From a virus: a DNA stretch of 64,000 bases. Position 1 is the first letter of the stretch. Each line of letters opens with the position of its first letter. Location of the stretch: positions 4,754 through 68,753 of the IMG/VR virus record IMGVR_UViG_3300025030_000090; one strand, 5' to 3'. This document shows positions 1 to 8,415 of the stretch, piece after piece. The position numbers and the translations under genes were made by a program. The notes beneath the pieces are model-generated. The model searched no databases. It was not told the DNA's origin and worked only from the letters and a program-made list of their open reading frames with translations.

Positions 1-169
1 GAACTGTCTGGGAGTGTACTTCTATGCTAGGGGTTTTGGTTCCACTGTGGCCATAGCAGAGGTGGAGTTTTCTGATTCCACTCTTTGTCCATCCATAAGC
101 CAACCATCTACTATTGAGTATGGTAACATTTCCCTGGATAAGACATACATCGCAGATTTTGACGTCCAT
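1..169 (-). CDS. hypothetical protein, partial (runs off window)
   Basis: ATG at 169, open frame MDVKICDVCLIQ... to the edge; directly follows the 175..624 gene. Confidence 0.55.
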   Translation of the reverse strand, partial: MDVKICDVCLIQGNVTILNSRWLAYGWTKSGIRKLHLCYGHSGTKTPSIEVHSQTV

Positions 170-174
170 TTTGT

Positions 175-624
175 CTATATCCTCCCATCACATATTGGAC
201 CTATTCCAGTGGCTATAGACTCGGGGACAGTAAGCTTCCTACCACACCTTCCACATTTCCCTTCGTGCCAGACTTCCAAGTAGGCAGGAATTCGGTTCTG
301 GGAAATGGCAGCCCAGAATTGGTTGAATACCTTTTCCGAAGGAGCTTCCAGGGAAATCCTACTCTTTGCTCCGTGCTTGTAAACCTTGCCAGAAAAGATG
401 GTGCCCAAGTACTGGTAACTTCCTTCATTATCTGGGCCACTCATCAGAGCCACGAAGTGGGGAGATTCATCCCCAGGCTTCCTGATTCTGTAGGTCATGT
501 GAAGTCCAGAAATCTTGCTCTTGAGAGTAAAAGTGGCATTTCCTGCCAGAGCAAATTCCAGAACCTTCTCAGGGGTTTCCAGCATACCAGACATCATCTT
601 CTCTTTTCCCTTTCCTACCTTCAC
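175..624 (-). CDS. DUF6011-type Zn-binding phage protein
   Basis: C-terminal CGRCGRKLTVPESIATGIGPIC; real start probably the ATG near 597 after a purine-rich RBS. Confidence 0.75.
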   Translation of the reverse strand: MKVGKGKEKMMSGMLETPEKVLEFALAGNATFTLKSKISGLHMTYRIRKPGDESPHFVALMSGPDNEGSYQYLGTIFSGKVYKHGAKSRISLEAPSEKVFNQFWAAISQNRIPAYLEVWHEGKCGRCGRKLTVPESIATGIGPICDGRI

Positions 625-628
625 TTAT

Positions 629-738
629 ATCTTACTACTTATCTTGAGGAGAGTAAAATGTCTAAAATCGCCAAAATCAGCTGATTTACCCATGAAATCT
701 CATTAGTTCTCACTTTCTCTTTGGTTTTCTCACTTTTT
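629..738 (-). promoter_or_regulatory. early promoter P1 (TTTACT-N17-TAAGAT) with upstream 10-bp repeat array
   Basis: -35 at 652-657, -10 at 629-634; array begins at 699. Confidence 0.8.
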
Positions 739-1943
739 CACTCGAAGTCGGCAAGTTTGTATACTTTTGACTTTCTGGGAAGGTGTCGTGTTTTTCCCCC
801 TGGAAGCAAGAACCAAGACCATCGTTCTGGGTGTTTGGGGCTTATAGGATTTGCTTCTCCATCTGTGAATACCCAAACTACTTCGGGATATTTGCTCCTG
901 CTCAGCAGAGCATCTTCTATGCATGAGAAGGAAGTTCCTCCTCCGTCATATATCTTTTTCTCTTGGAGGTTGATTTCCTTGGCCCTTGTATCAAACACAT
1001 AAGCATGGATTTCAAAGTGTTTCTTTGGGATGCTTTTTGCCGCTTGCACGAATTGTGTGTTTGCATTCGAACAAGAACCAGAGATATCCAAAAATAGGTA
1101 GATTTCTACTTTTTTCTTCCCAAAATCATCACTTGAATTGTCGCTAGGAAGAAAGAAGTCACTTTGTAATCCTGAAAGTCTTCGATTCACTCTGGTCCAT
1201 TGCTCGGATTCTTCTTCATCCAGGGCCTTCTTGTTCCAGTTCTTTATTAGAGACATCCACTTCTTCTTTTCCACTACTTTGATTGAAGAAGCTTGCCATT
1301 GGATGTTGCTTTCATTGCCAGGAAGCTTTCCCGCTGTTTCTTCTATTTCTTCTTGAGTAATTTTCTCCCCAGCATCTTCTTGGCTTTTTCCTTGTAGCCA
1401 ATCTTCTATTGCCTTTCCTTCCCCAGAGGGATTGTCCATGGCCATCGGAATTCCGTCTTCACCTTTAGGAAGATTCTTCATCTGTTGAAGGTAGTAGTCA
1501 AAGGTTTGGTCTTCAAAAATCTTTGGCGTCGGGGGAAATACAGTATCAATCCAGCAAAGGCTTTCTCCGATAGAGATTTCCTCTCTTTTGAAGCCAAAGT
1601 ACTTTACCAGAAGATGGTTGATGGAAATGTCCATGGCAACATTCAAGGCTTCTGGAAAAAATTGTTCCAGAAAAGGTTCTCCTCTGGAGCCATGCCTCAA
1701 AGTAATGTGTCCCATTTCATGGCATATGACAAAGATTTTTGTGTTTTCATCCAGAGAATTCCAAAAGGCTTCGTTTATTTGGAACTCCAGGATATCATTC
1801 TCTTTGTTCAAGTGCACCGCAGCAGTTTTGATTTCGTCCGTGAAAACGGGCTTCCCTACTTCCCAAAACCTGGAGAAGAGAATTGCCTTTTCCTCAAGCT
1901 TCCTGGAGATGGAGAGATATTCATCAAGAGGGAAGGTGCTCAT
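738..1943 (-). CDS. metallopeptidase-like + VWA domain protein (DUF2201 type), MoxR partner
   Basis: CHEMGH zincin motif; DISGS MIDAS, GGGT, VFTDG. Confidence 0.85.
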   Translation of the reverse strand: MSTFPLDEYLSISRKLEEKAILFSRFWEVGKPVFTDEIKTAAVHLNKENDILEFQINEAFWNSLDENTKIFVICHEMGHITLRHGSRGEPFLEQFFPEALNVAMDISINHLLVKYFGFKREEISIGESLCWIDTVFPPTPKIFEDQTFDYYLQQMKNLPKGEDGIPMAMDNPSGEGKAIEDWLQGKSQEDAGEKITQEEIEETAGKLPGNESNIQWQASSIKVVEKKKWMSLIKNWNKKALDEEESEQWTRVNRRLSGLQSDFFLPSDNSSDDFGKKKVEIYLFLDISGSCSNANTQFVQAAKSIPKKHFEIHAYVFDTRAKEINLQEKKIYDGGGTSFSCIEDALLSRSKYPEVVWVFTDGEANPISPKHPERWSWFLLPGGKTRHLPRKSKVYKLADFE

Positions 1944-3022
1944 ATTTTTTCTACCGCCATGATATCATTTCCACTGAACTTTGTAGTTTGGTGGTGCTTG
2001 AAGAGATGGTGGGAGCATCGCATATAAGTTTTATATGTCCTCCTACATTCTGGACAGCGATATCGTTTTTCTGAAGCAGCAGCAGGAGACTTTCCCATAA
2101 AGTTTGAGTCACCTGGCTGGTACCTCTTTATGATATCCTTGATGAAGCCAGTTTCTTCTCCAAGCTTTGCGGCCACTTCCTGGGGAAACAAGGGAATGAA
2201 GAACTTGGAGAGTGGAATTGACTTGGTGATAATTGGAGTGATTTCGCTCAGATTTTCTCTGATGATGGTCTTGGCTCCTTTTATGTCTTTGGCAGCATAG
2301 AGACCTTCAAGAAGCTTTTTGAAGTCCTTCTTGCCATTCAGCAGCCCAAGCAAGGTGGTTACATTCACCTCATTGGGAAGAACATCCCTTATATCCCCTT
2401 GGGCTGTCCAAGCTTGCAGCGCATAATCCAGCCTACGGGGAGAGACAAGAATCTTTACCTTCTGCTCCAAATTCTTCCACCAGTCTATGGCATTCTTCGC
2501 CACATCTATGCCATATTTCTGTGTGAAGTATCCCAGGTTGGGAGTAAAGGGAACTGTTACCTGAATCTGGAATCTATCCTTCTGGGCAGGGTCTAGCTTT
2601 TCCACATCATATTCTGCCTCTGTGGAGTCATCTGGGTTAATGGCAGCCCATACTATGCGAAGGTTCTTGAACCTGTGGCCGTTGATGCTCTTGAACTGAA
2701 TAAGCTCCATCACGGCGTTCTTGACCTTCTTTGGAGCACGGTTGTACTCATCGAAGAAGAGAGCTTCTACGATGTCATCCCTGAATGAAAGGGGACGAAC
2801 GATATCCAGGAAAGACTTCCCTTCTGAATCCTTCTGTTCCTTGGGCACTCCGATGAAGTCCACCCAGGGGTCCATGGTGGCAGCAGAGAAGTACTTCCAT
2901 TTTAGATGATTGCGTTCAAAAGCTTCCTTCACGATAGTGGTCTTTCCGACGCCATGTTCTCCTACCAGAAGGACATTGTAGTTGTTAGCAATCCAGAAGT
3001 CCAGCTTTGCGTCAGTAATCAT
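1940..3022 (-). CDS. MoxR-like AAA+ ATPase with C-terminal C2H2-like finger
   Basis: GEHGVGKT, FFDEYNR, AAINP, LDPAQKDRF; CPEC..HLFKHH tail; stop/start overlap with VWA gene. Confidence 0.88.
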   Translation of the reverse strand: MITDAKLDFWIANNYNVLLVGEHGVGKTTIVKEAFERNHLKWKYFSAATMDPWVDFIGVPKEQKDSEGKSFLDIVRPLSFRDDIVEALFFDEYNRAPKKVKNAVMELIQFKSINGHRFKNLRIVWAAINPDDSTEAEYDVEKLDPAQKDRFQIQVTVPFTPNLGYFTQKYGIDVAKNAIDWWKNLEQKVKILVSPRRLDYALQAWTAQGDIRDVLPNEVNVTTLLGLLNGKKDFKKLLEGLYAAKDIKGAKTIIRENLSEITPIITKSIPLSKFFIPLFPQEVAAKLGEETGFIKDIIKRYQPGDSNFMGKSPAAASEKRYRCPECRRTYKTYMRCSHHLFKHHQTTKFSGNDIMAVEKI

Positions 3023-3050
3023 TTTCCCTTCCCCTTTCCCTTACACTATA

Positions 3051-3170
3051 ATCTTACTATAGATAGATTGCGGAGTAAAATGCCTAAATTGGCCTATTTC
3101 GAGTGATTTCAAGGCTGCATCTCATCCATCCTCATTAGTTCTAACTCATTCGCTTGTTTTCTCACTTTTT
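3051..3170 (-). promoter_or_regulatory. early promoter P2 (TTTACT-N17-TAAGAT) with 10-bp array
   Basis: -35 3074-3079, -10 3051-3056; array 3121-3170. Confidence 0.8.
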
Positions 3171-4436
3171 CATGACTTCCATCATTGCCTTACCAATTGC
3201 AAAGGTAAGCTCGCCTTCAAAGGCAATGTCTCCATCTTTGAATCCCTTCCCGTGAAGCCTTTCGTGAATCAGAACCGCAGTGGCGCTTCCGATGCTTCCA
3301 AGATTTTCTCTGGAGAGATAAACGATTCCCTTTTTGTAAAGTCCCACAGTGGTGAGCCCATTCTGAGCATTGTCTGCATTGCTGATGCTTTCTACTATTC
3401 TGACTTGAGAGATTTTTGCATCTGGGACTACCTTCTGGGATACTTCCCTGGCTATTTTCAAAACCTTCTTTTCCGCCTCTGTAAGAGGAGAAGCAAGTTT
3501 CAGAGGCTTGTGAACCTTTGGAGGGATTTCAGAACTTCTTTTTACCCTGCTGACATTCAAAGTGTTTGCAAGGTAGTAGGGGAAAGGAATTGGCCTCCAG
3601 CCCATTTGAATTGCTTTTGAGTCAGAAACTGGCGAATCGCTGATGCAAGCCTTCTTGCCATACAAACCGATGAAAGCGGTCTTCCAAAGCTTTTGTGTCT
3701 TGGAGGGATACATGTAGATTCCTGATTCGGCAATTGGTGATTCTTGGCCACATTTGATGAAATGGGCCAGAGTTTCTATTGAAGCAATGGAAGTGATTTT
3801 CTTGGAAATTTCCCCTTGAACGATTTGGATGTCCAAGATGCTGCGGTCTCTATTGGCAGCAACCTTGGTGGTAATATTGTATCCCCAAAGACACTTCTCC
3901 ATCTTCTGGACAAATACCCCATTGATATACAAGACACCTGATTCCTTTAGGATGCCAAGCCTCTTGGAGATGTATTCCTTGGGGGTCAATTCCAGGAACA
4001 AGTTCTTCGCAGTGAGAAAAATCTCTTTGGTGCAAGTGACGGTGATTTCTGTCCCAGCAGTTCTTCCATTGGGTGAAACATCCAGAGCAAGCACATTTGT
4101 TTCATAAGTAGTGGAGTACTGCATCCTGGGGGACACATCATATCCCACAGTAGACACAACTACGGGGACATTTTCCCTGGCAAGAACCAAAAGGGCCAAC
4201 TTCAAGCCTTCCCCGAATTGTCCTATCTCCCCATGATTTCCTTCCCCAAAAACCCAGAACGGGCGAGGAATTCCAGCAGCTTGGTCGCTGATGGTAGCTT
4301 GCCCTTGGGACTTGTGGTACTTTACGGAAATCTTGGTCTTGGTATCCAAGGCGTTGGCAAGAAGCTCCCGAAGAGCTTCTACCACAGTCCAGTTGGGGAT
4401 ATACTTGGGAGAAAGAGGATATTCGAGGGTTTGCAT
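3162..4436 (-). CDS. GHKL (HATPase_c-like) ATPase with C-terminal HExxH motif
   Basis: RELLANALD, ISDQAAGI, GQFGEGLKLA; LIHERLH near C-terminus. Confidence 0.78.
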   Translation of the reverse strand: MQTLEYPLSPKYIPNWTVVEALRELLANALDTKTKISVKYHKSQGQATISDQAAGIPRPFWVFGEGNHGEIGQFGEGLKLALLVLARENVPVVVSTVGYDVSPRMQYSTTYETNVLALDVSPNGRTAGTEITVTCTKEIFLTAKNLFLELTPKEYISKRLGILKESGVLYINGVFVQKMEKCLWGYNITTKVAANRDRSILDIQIVQGEISKKITSIASIETLAHFIKCGQESPIAESGIYMYPSKTQKLWKTAFIGLYGKKACISDSPVSDSKAIQMGWRPIPFPYYLANTLNVSRVKRSSEIPPKVHKPLKLASPLTEAEKKVLKIAREVSQKVVPDAKISQVRIVESISNADNAQNGLTTVGLYKKGIVYLSRENLGSIGSATAVLIHERLHGKGFKDGDIAFEGELTFAIGKAMMEVMKK

Positions 4437-4443
4437 TGTTTCT

Positions 4444-4677
4444 TTACTTCTTCTCTTCCATCCTGGCCGCTATGGTCTCTGGAAGGATGGCTGCTACTAC
4501 CAGGTGCCCGCTATCAAGATAAAGCACTGCTCTCGTGAGCTTTCCGCAAGTAGCGTCAATGAGAGTCCCCTTCTCTCTGGCATCTCTGATGGACTTCTTC
4601 ACTGGGGAAGATGCAGGTGAAAGAATCGAAAGCACTCTGTTGGGAGATACCAGGTTGCCGTATCCCAGAGAAATCAT
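4444..4677 (-). CDS. remA: RemA/DUF370-family DNA-binding regulator
   Basis: GYGNLVSPNRVLSILSPASSPVKK..A...G.LIDATCGKLTRAVL.LDSGHLV..AI.PETIAAR matches the family; ATG at 4677 overlaps upstream TGA. Confidence 0.85.
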   Translation of the reverse strand: MISLGYGNLVSPNRVLSILSPASSPVKKSIRDAREKGTLIDATCGKLTRAVLYLDSGHLVVAAILPETIAARMEEKK

Positions 4678-5201
4678 TCCTTCTCTCCTTCGTCTTCTAC
4701 TTCCCCTCTGAAGAATGCTTCCAGATGCTTGCAGGTGTGAACTCCAGTTCGCTTGAGGGAGAATCTCCACCCAGGACAAGAGCAGTAGTACTTGCCTTCG
4801 GTGTTGGAGAATCTTATCTCGTATATCCCGTGCTTCCCTGGGACGGTTGCCACCACAGTTGTTATAGTCATCTTGGCTATTCCCCCCAGCTTCTGAGTCA
4901 AGACCGAGGAGATTTCTTGACAGTATTTTTGGACATCCTCCATAGTGGCCCCAGGTTCAGACTTTTGGACTTTCAGGAGCATCCTGTCACCGACAAAGGG
5001 AATCAATTCGGAGAATTGGAAGGAGCGGGGAATGTAACCAACCACCTTATTTTCTCCTTGAGTGGCATTGGTGTAATGCTTCCAACCCCCATCAGCACCA
5101 GCACTTCTGGAGTTCTCCCACATTCCATCACTGATTTGACCTAGAAGCTCTTCGTTCCAGAGGTCTACCATTGCTTGCTTCCTGAAAGTAAAGGTTGCCA
5201 T
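4674..5201 (-). CDS. SWIM zinc-finger protein
   Basis: YYCSCPGWRF...CKHL. Confidence 0.75.
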   Translation of the reverse strand: MATFTFRKQAMVDLWNEELLGQISDGMWENSRSAGADGGWKHYTNATQGENKVVGYIPRSFQFSELIPFVGDRMLLKVQKSEPGATMEDVQKYCQEISSVLTQKLGGIAKMTITTVVATVPGKHGIYEIRFSNTEGKYYCSCPGWRFSLKRTGVHTCKHLEAFFRGEVEDEGEKE

Positions 5202-5235
5202 GTTTCTTTCCTCTCCTTTTCCTACCTACACTTAT

Positions 5236-5355
5236 ATCTTACTACTTGTTCAGGAAGAAGTAAAACCCCTAAATCAGCCGTTTTCGGGCGATTCTATGGG
5301 CTAATCTCACCCGTTCTCATTAGTTCTAACTCTACCTTTCGTTTTCTCATTTTCT
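5236..5355 (-). promoter_or_regulatory. early promoter P3 (TTTACT-N17-TAAGAT) with 10-bp array
   Basis: -35 5259-5264, -10 5236-5241; array 5306-5355. Confidence 0.8.
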
Positions 5356-5632
5356 CGGATATCTTGAATTCCGGAGCCAAAATAAGCCCACCATCGCCAT
5401 CTGGTTCTGGTCCTACAGGAGGGGTATCATCATTGCCCCTCTCATCATCGTCATCTTCAAAGTACTTGCGAAGCCATTCTATGTTTTCTTCTGTCTTGAG
5501 AAGTAATGCTTCCATAAAGGCTATGGTGACTTGAGAGCAAACGATACTGACAAGAATTTCTGATGCGCCGCATCTGGCTAGCTCTATTCTTGTCTTGCAA
5601 ATTCTCTCCTGAAGCTCTTTTTCATATTTCAC
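5294..5632 (-). CDS. hypothetical protein (C-terminus reads through the P3 array)
   Basis: ORF with stop/start overlap to neighbour. Confidence 0.55.
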   Translation of the reverse strand: MKYEKELQERICKTRIELARCGASEILVSIVCSQVTIAFMEALLLKTEENIEWLRKYFEDDDDERGNDDTPPVGPEPDGDGGLILAPEFKISEKMRKRKVELELMRTGEISP

Positions 5633-5820
5633 TTCTTCTTTCCCTCCACATATGCTGCTGCTTTCTCATAGACTCTAACAAAGACTTCATCGGGATTTTT
5701 CATTCCAGAAAACCATCCTTCTATGAAGCGAAAAATCAGTTCCCTCTCCTGAGGACTACCTTTTCGAGCAAGGGAAAGCGCCACATCCATTCGCTGCCGT
5801 AAGGTAAGCTTCTTTTCCAT
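5629..5820 (-). CDS. hypothetical protein
   Basis: AGGAG RBS before MEKKLTL; track ORF extends to 5877. Confidence 0.5.
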   Translation of the reverse strand: MEKKLTLRQRMDVALSLARKGSPQERELIFRFIEGWFSGMKNPDEVFVRVYEKAAAYVEGKKK

Positions 5821-6174
5821 GTTTCTCCTACAGTCGTTCAGTACTACCAGTTCTACAGAGGGATTCTCGTAAACCACAGAGACAACATCTCCTCTCGGTC
5901 CCGATTGATGAGGGTTCTGGTCAGCGCTACTCCATCAAGAATAAGAGAAGGAGGAAACTGCCTTGGCTTGAGTCCTAGCTCAGAGGCTTCCTTTACGATG
6001 ATTGCCATTACTTCTTTCCCTCCATGAACTTTCTGTAGTCTTCTTTGGTGTTGAAAACGGCGTATCCACCACGGACTCGGTGAACTAACCTTGAAGGACT
6101 GGCTGCCATTGCTTCCCACTTGCTTACCTGCACCAGGATTTTCACTTTTCCCTCCCTTTTTCCCTTCCATAGTT

Positions 6175-6294
6175 ATCATACTACTAATAGGTAGTGGAGT
6201 AAAACAGCTATATTCGCCAAAATCAACCGATTTCAAGGGCAAATCTCATTAGTTCTAACTCATTCTCATCCATTCGCTTGTTTTCTCACTTTCT
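6175..6294 (-). promoter_or_regulatory. early promoter P4 (TTTACT-N17-TATGAT) with 10-bp array
   Basis: -35 6198-6203, -10 6175-6180; array 6245-6294. Confidence 0.8.
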
Positions 6295-6315
6295 CTATTT
6301 TTGGGCTGAAAATGA

Positions 6316-6366
6316 ATATAGGGAGCAATCTAGCAGTGCTACCATCTGCTTTCATACTCCCTATAT
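6316..6366 (-). terminator. stem-loop at the 3' end of the structured-RNA/small-ORF transcript
   Basis: ATATAGGGAG/CTCCCTATAT outer stem, AGCAG/CTGCT inner stem; only a weak U tract. Confidence 0.4.
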
Positions 6367-6389
6367 CCAGAAGGGAAGGAAAAGAAGGA

Positions 6390-6614
6390 CTATGCTCTAA
6401 TAATGAGCTCTGCTACATAACCCAATTCAGTTAATTGCTCCTCAGAAAGAGAAACCCCTGCCCGAACATAGAATTCCGCAGTTTTTCTTCCTGCAAGGAC
6501 AGTTACTACAGGCTTGTTTCCCCTGATTTGGGATACTTTGTAGCTTCCATCATTGTTTCTGACCAGAGTTATCGTTGGTTTCTTTTCCATGATTCTTTTC
6601 TCCTTTTCGGCCAC
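6390..6614 (-). CDS. small hypothetical protein downstream of the structured RNA
   Basis: ORF; AAGGAG RBS favours the internal MEKKPT start. Confidence 0.6.
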   Translation of the reverse strand: MAEKEKRIMEKKPTITLVRNNDGSYKVSQIRGNKPVVTVLAGRKTAEFYVRAGVSLSEEQLTELGYVAELIIRA

Positions 6615-6816
6615 TATATTGTGGGCTTATGATTTTGAAGATCTTGAGACAACAAATGAAGGAGTTAGGAAGTAGTAGTTTTCGAAGGTTCAGCCTCCAT
6701 TGGAGACCAGTGTCAAAATTCGCGATGCAAAGTCAAGGTAAATTTAGTGGTCGGTTTGCTTTGCCCAAACCTCTGAAAATTCTACTTACTACTACTTTCT
6801 AACTCCTAATTTTTTG

Positions 6817-6873
6817 GCTTCAATTAAGATCCAAGGTTCAACACTAGTTTGAATATTGAGCCCAAACTTTGAA
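6817..6873. repeat. 57-bp direct repeat copy 1 (hairpin-forming)
   Basis: 53/57 identical to 7185-7241. Confidence 0.92.
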
Positions 6874-6907
6874 GCCAACTTTTGGACTTCCTGGTGAGAA
6901 GTTATTC

Positions 6908-6987
6908 TCTGGCTTGTCTCACTCCGCGAGATTGTTTCCTCCTCAACAATTTCATCGTTTACGAATCATCAGTCGCGTATTGCCAGA
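6908..6987 (-). ncRNA. type I hammerhead ribozyme
   Basis: CGCGA-CUGAUGA-uUCGuaaaCGAu-GAAA-UUGUU..AACAA-UC-UCGCG; stem I extended by UCUGGC/GCCAGA. Confidence 0.75.
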
Positions 6988-7184
6988 ACAGATGCCACCT
7001 GCACAGAAGTCCTCTGGTGGCCCACGATATTTAATTTTTAATATATCAGGAAAGATTTCGGGGATATGGCATCCAACTTCCGTTGAATCCGTATGACACA
7101 GTTCCTGACTTTCGCTTCTCTGCTACAGCAAGCCTCCCGACGAAATCTCCTTTGCTTGCGTTAAGTTTTCTCCTGATAATCTCA

Positions 7185-7241
7185 GCTTCAATTAAGACCC
7201 AAGATTCAATACTAGTTTGAATATTGAGCCCGAACTTTGAA
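7185..7241. repeat. 57-bp direct repeat copy 2
   Basis: see copy 1. Confidence 0.92.
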
Positions 7242-7506
7242 ACTAAAGTTATTAAATTAGGCAGCCCTAACCCCAACACTGCCTTTTCTCGACCACTTAT
7301 AAGCAGAGCTTGCTACATCCAATACAGCAAGATGCTCCTGCACTCGAGAATTCCCATATTCGAGGAGGTTGGTGGAAGATGCTTTGCAACTCCCTTACCA
7401 ACAATCCTCAAATACGGAAGGTTTAGGTTATCATCCTTGGCAGTTTTCAGGAAGGGTTGATGAGGCCTTCTCCTTCTGGCTTTGTGCCCTGCCCCTTCCA
7501 TATATA

Positions 7507-7596
7507 AATATACTACATACGAAGGTGGTAGTAAACTCTTTCTACAGGCCAAAATTGGGCAATTTCAAGGCTGTATCTCATTAGTTCTAATGATTT
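7507..7596 (-). promoter_or_regulatory. early promoter P5 (TTTACT-N17-TATATT) driving the structured RNA
   Basis: -35 7530-7535, -10 7507-7512; array starts at 7577. Confidence 0.75.
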
Positions 7597-7634
7597 TGAG
7601 TGGTTTCTTTAGTTTTTGCTTCTTCTAGTTATGA

Positions 7635-7838
7635 TTAGGCTAGTGCAAATGGGTTTCTTTTAGAGGATAATCTTCGTTCTTTCAGAAAATGTATGCGCTT
7701 TTCTAAATCTTTTTTAGAAATTGAGCCATTCAGGGAATCCAATACCTGCAAAGCGGCATGAATGTCGTATATAGCTCCTCTCCTATCCACGTGAATCCTC
7801 TGCTTCATGATTCTTCGAACCTTTTTCTCGGTAGGCAT
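7635..7838 (-). CDS. hypothetical protein
   Basis: AAGGAGG RBS, promoter upstream. Confidence 0.6.
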   Translation of the reverse strand: MPTEKKVRRIMKQRIHVDRRGAIYDIHAALQVLDSLNGSISKKDLEKRIHFLKERRLSSKRNPFALA

Positions 7839-7870
7839 TTTTGTTGCCCTCCTTTTCTTTTTCCAATTTA

Positions 7871-7899
7871 ATGGTATAACTTTTGGGGAGGGGAGTAAA
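7871..7899 (-). promoter_or_regulatory. promoter P6 (TTTACT-N17-TACCAT)
   Basis: same -35 and spacing as P1-P5. Confidence 0.6.
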
Positions 7900-8044
7900 T
7901 AGGTAAAGGTACCTAATTTTGAAGCTGAAGATTTTGAAGTTGTTAGGTATTGTTACTTATGGGTAGGAAACTATAGGCTTGTCTTCCAAGGCTCCGGTTT
8001 TGTGAAAAACTTGAAAAATCCGTATCTGTGTTTTTCGGTTTTCT

Positions 8045-8254
8045 TCAAGGATTTTGCCGCCTGGAAAAAGCTTGCTGGGAAGAATTTCCTGCCAAGTCAG
8101 AGTATCTTCCAACAATCTTCAGAGACACCTTCTCCTTGCATATAGGACAACCTTTGCTGTATTTTTCTGGCCGAAAAACATCACCCCTTTCTGCATATGC
8201 AACAAAGTGTCCATTCTCGCAGTGCCATTCAAGACCAGGAAGAGTAAACATCAA
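8045..8254 (-). CDS. small Zn-ribbon-like hypothetical protein
   Basis: CENGH...CPIC. Confidence 0.5.
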   Translation of the reverse strand: MMFTLPGLEWHCENGHFVAYAERGDVFRPEKYSKGCPICKEKVSLKIVGRYSDLAGNSSQQAFSRRQNP

Positions 8255-8415
8255 TCACCAACACCCGAATATCCCGAGTATGGTTGTGGTTGTAGTAGCA
8301 AGAACGATTCCAGCCCAGAAACAGTATTCTGTTATGCGTAGCATTTTCTTACTACGAACCTTGGTAGCAATCATCAGAGAGAGTATTGATATAGTATATC
8401 CTGTAATAAGAAATA

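Larger units (their letters stand above)
6640..7500 (-). ncRNA. large structured RNA or giant 5' leader
   Basis: own promoter at 7507-7535; no credible ORF; many nested stems, most with G-U pairs that work on the minus strand. Confidence 0.65.

Noticed and set aside
4678-4779. N-terminal extension of RemA in the ORF track
   Set aside because: Overlaps the SWIM gene; RBS and ATGA coupling support the start at 4677
6316-6366. Half-hammerhead (GAAA-stem-UA)
   Set aside because: No CUGANGA strand in cis; kept only as a stem-loop
6690-6780. c-di-GMP riboswitch (GCAAAG/GCAAAC words)
   Set aside because: Order and stems do not match the aptamer
7040-7180. Second ribozyme (hairpin or twister type)
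   Set aside because: AGAGAAGCG and UUAACGC resemble core pieces, but the required helices and loops could not be completed
6817-7241. CRISPR array
   Set aside because: Only two 57-bp repeats with a 311-bp spacer; no cas genes
6869-7584. Short ORFs 6869..7096, 7046..7279, 7224..7460, 7313..7552, 7369..7584
   Set aside because: No RBS or motifs; they overlap the promoter, repeats and RNA stems
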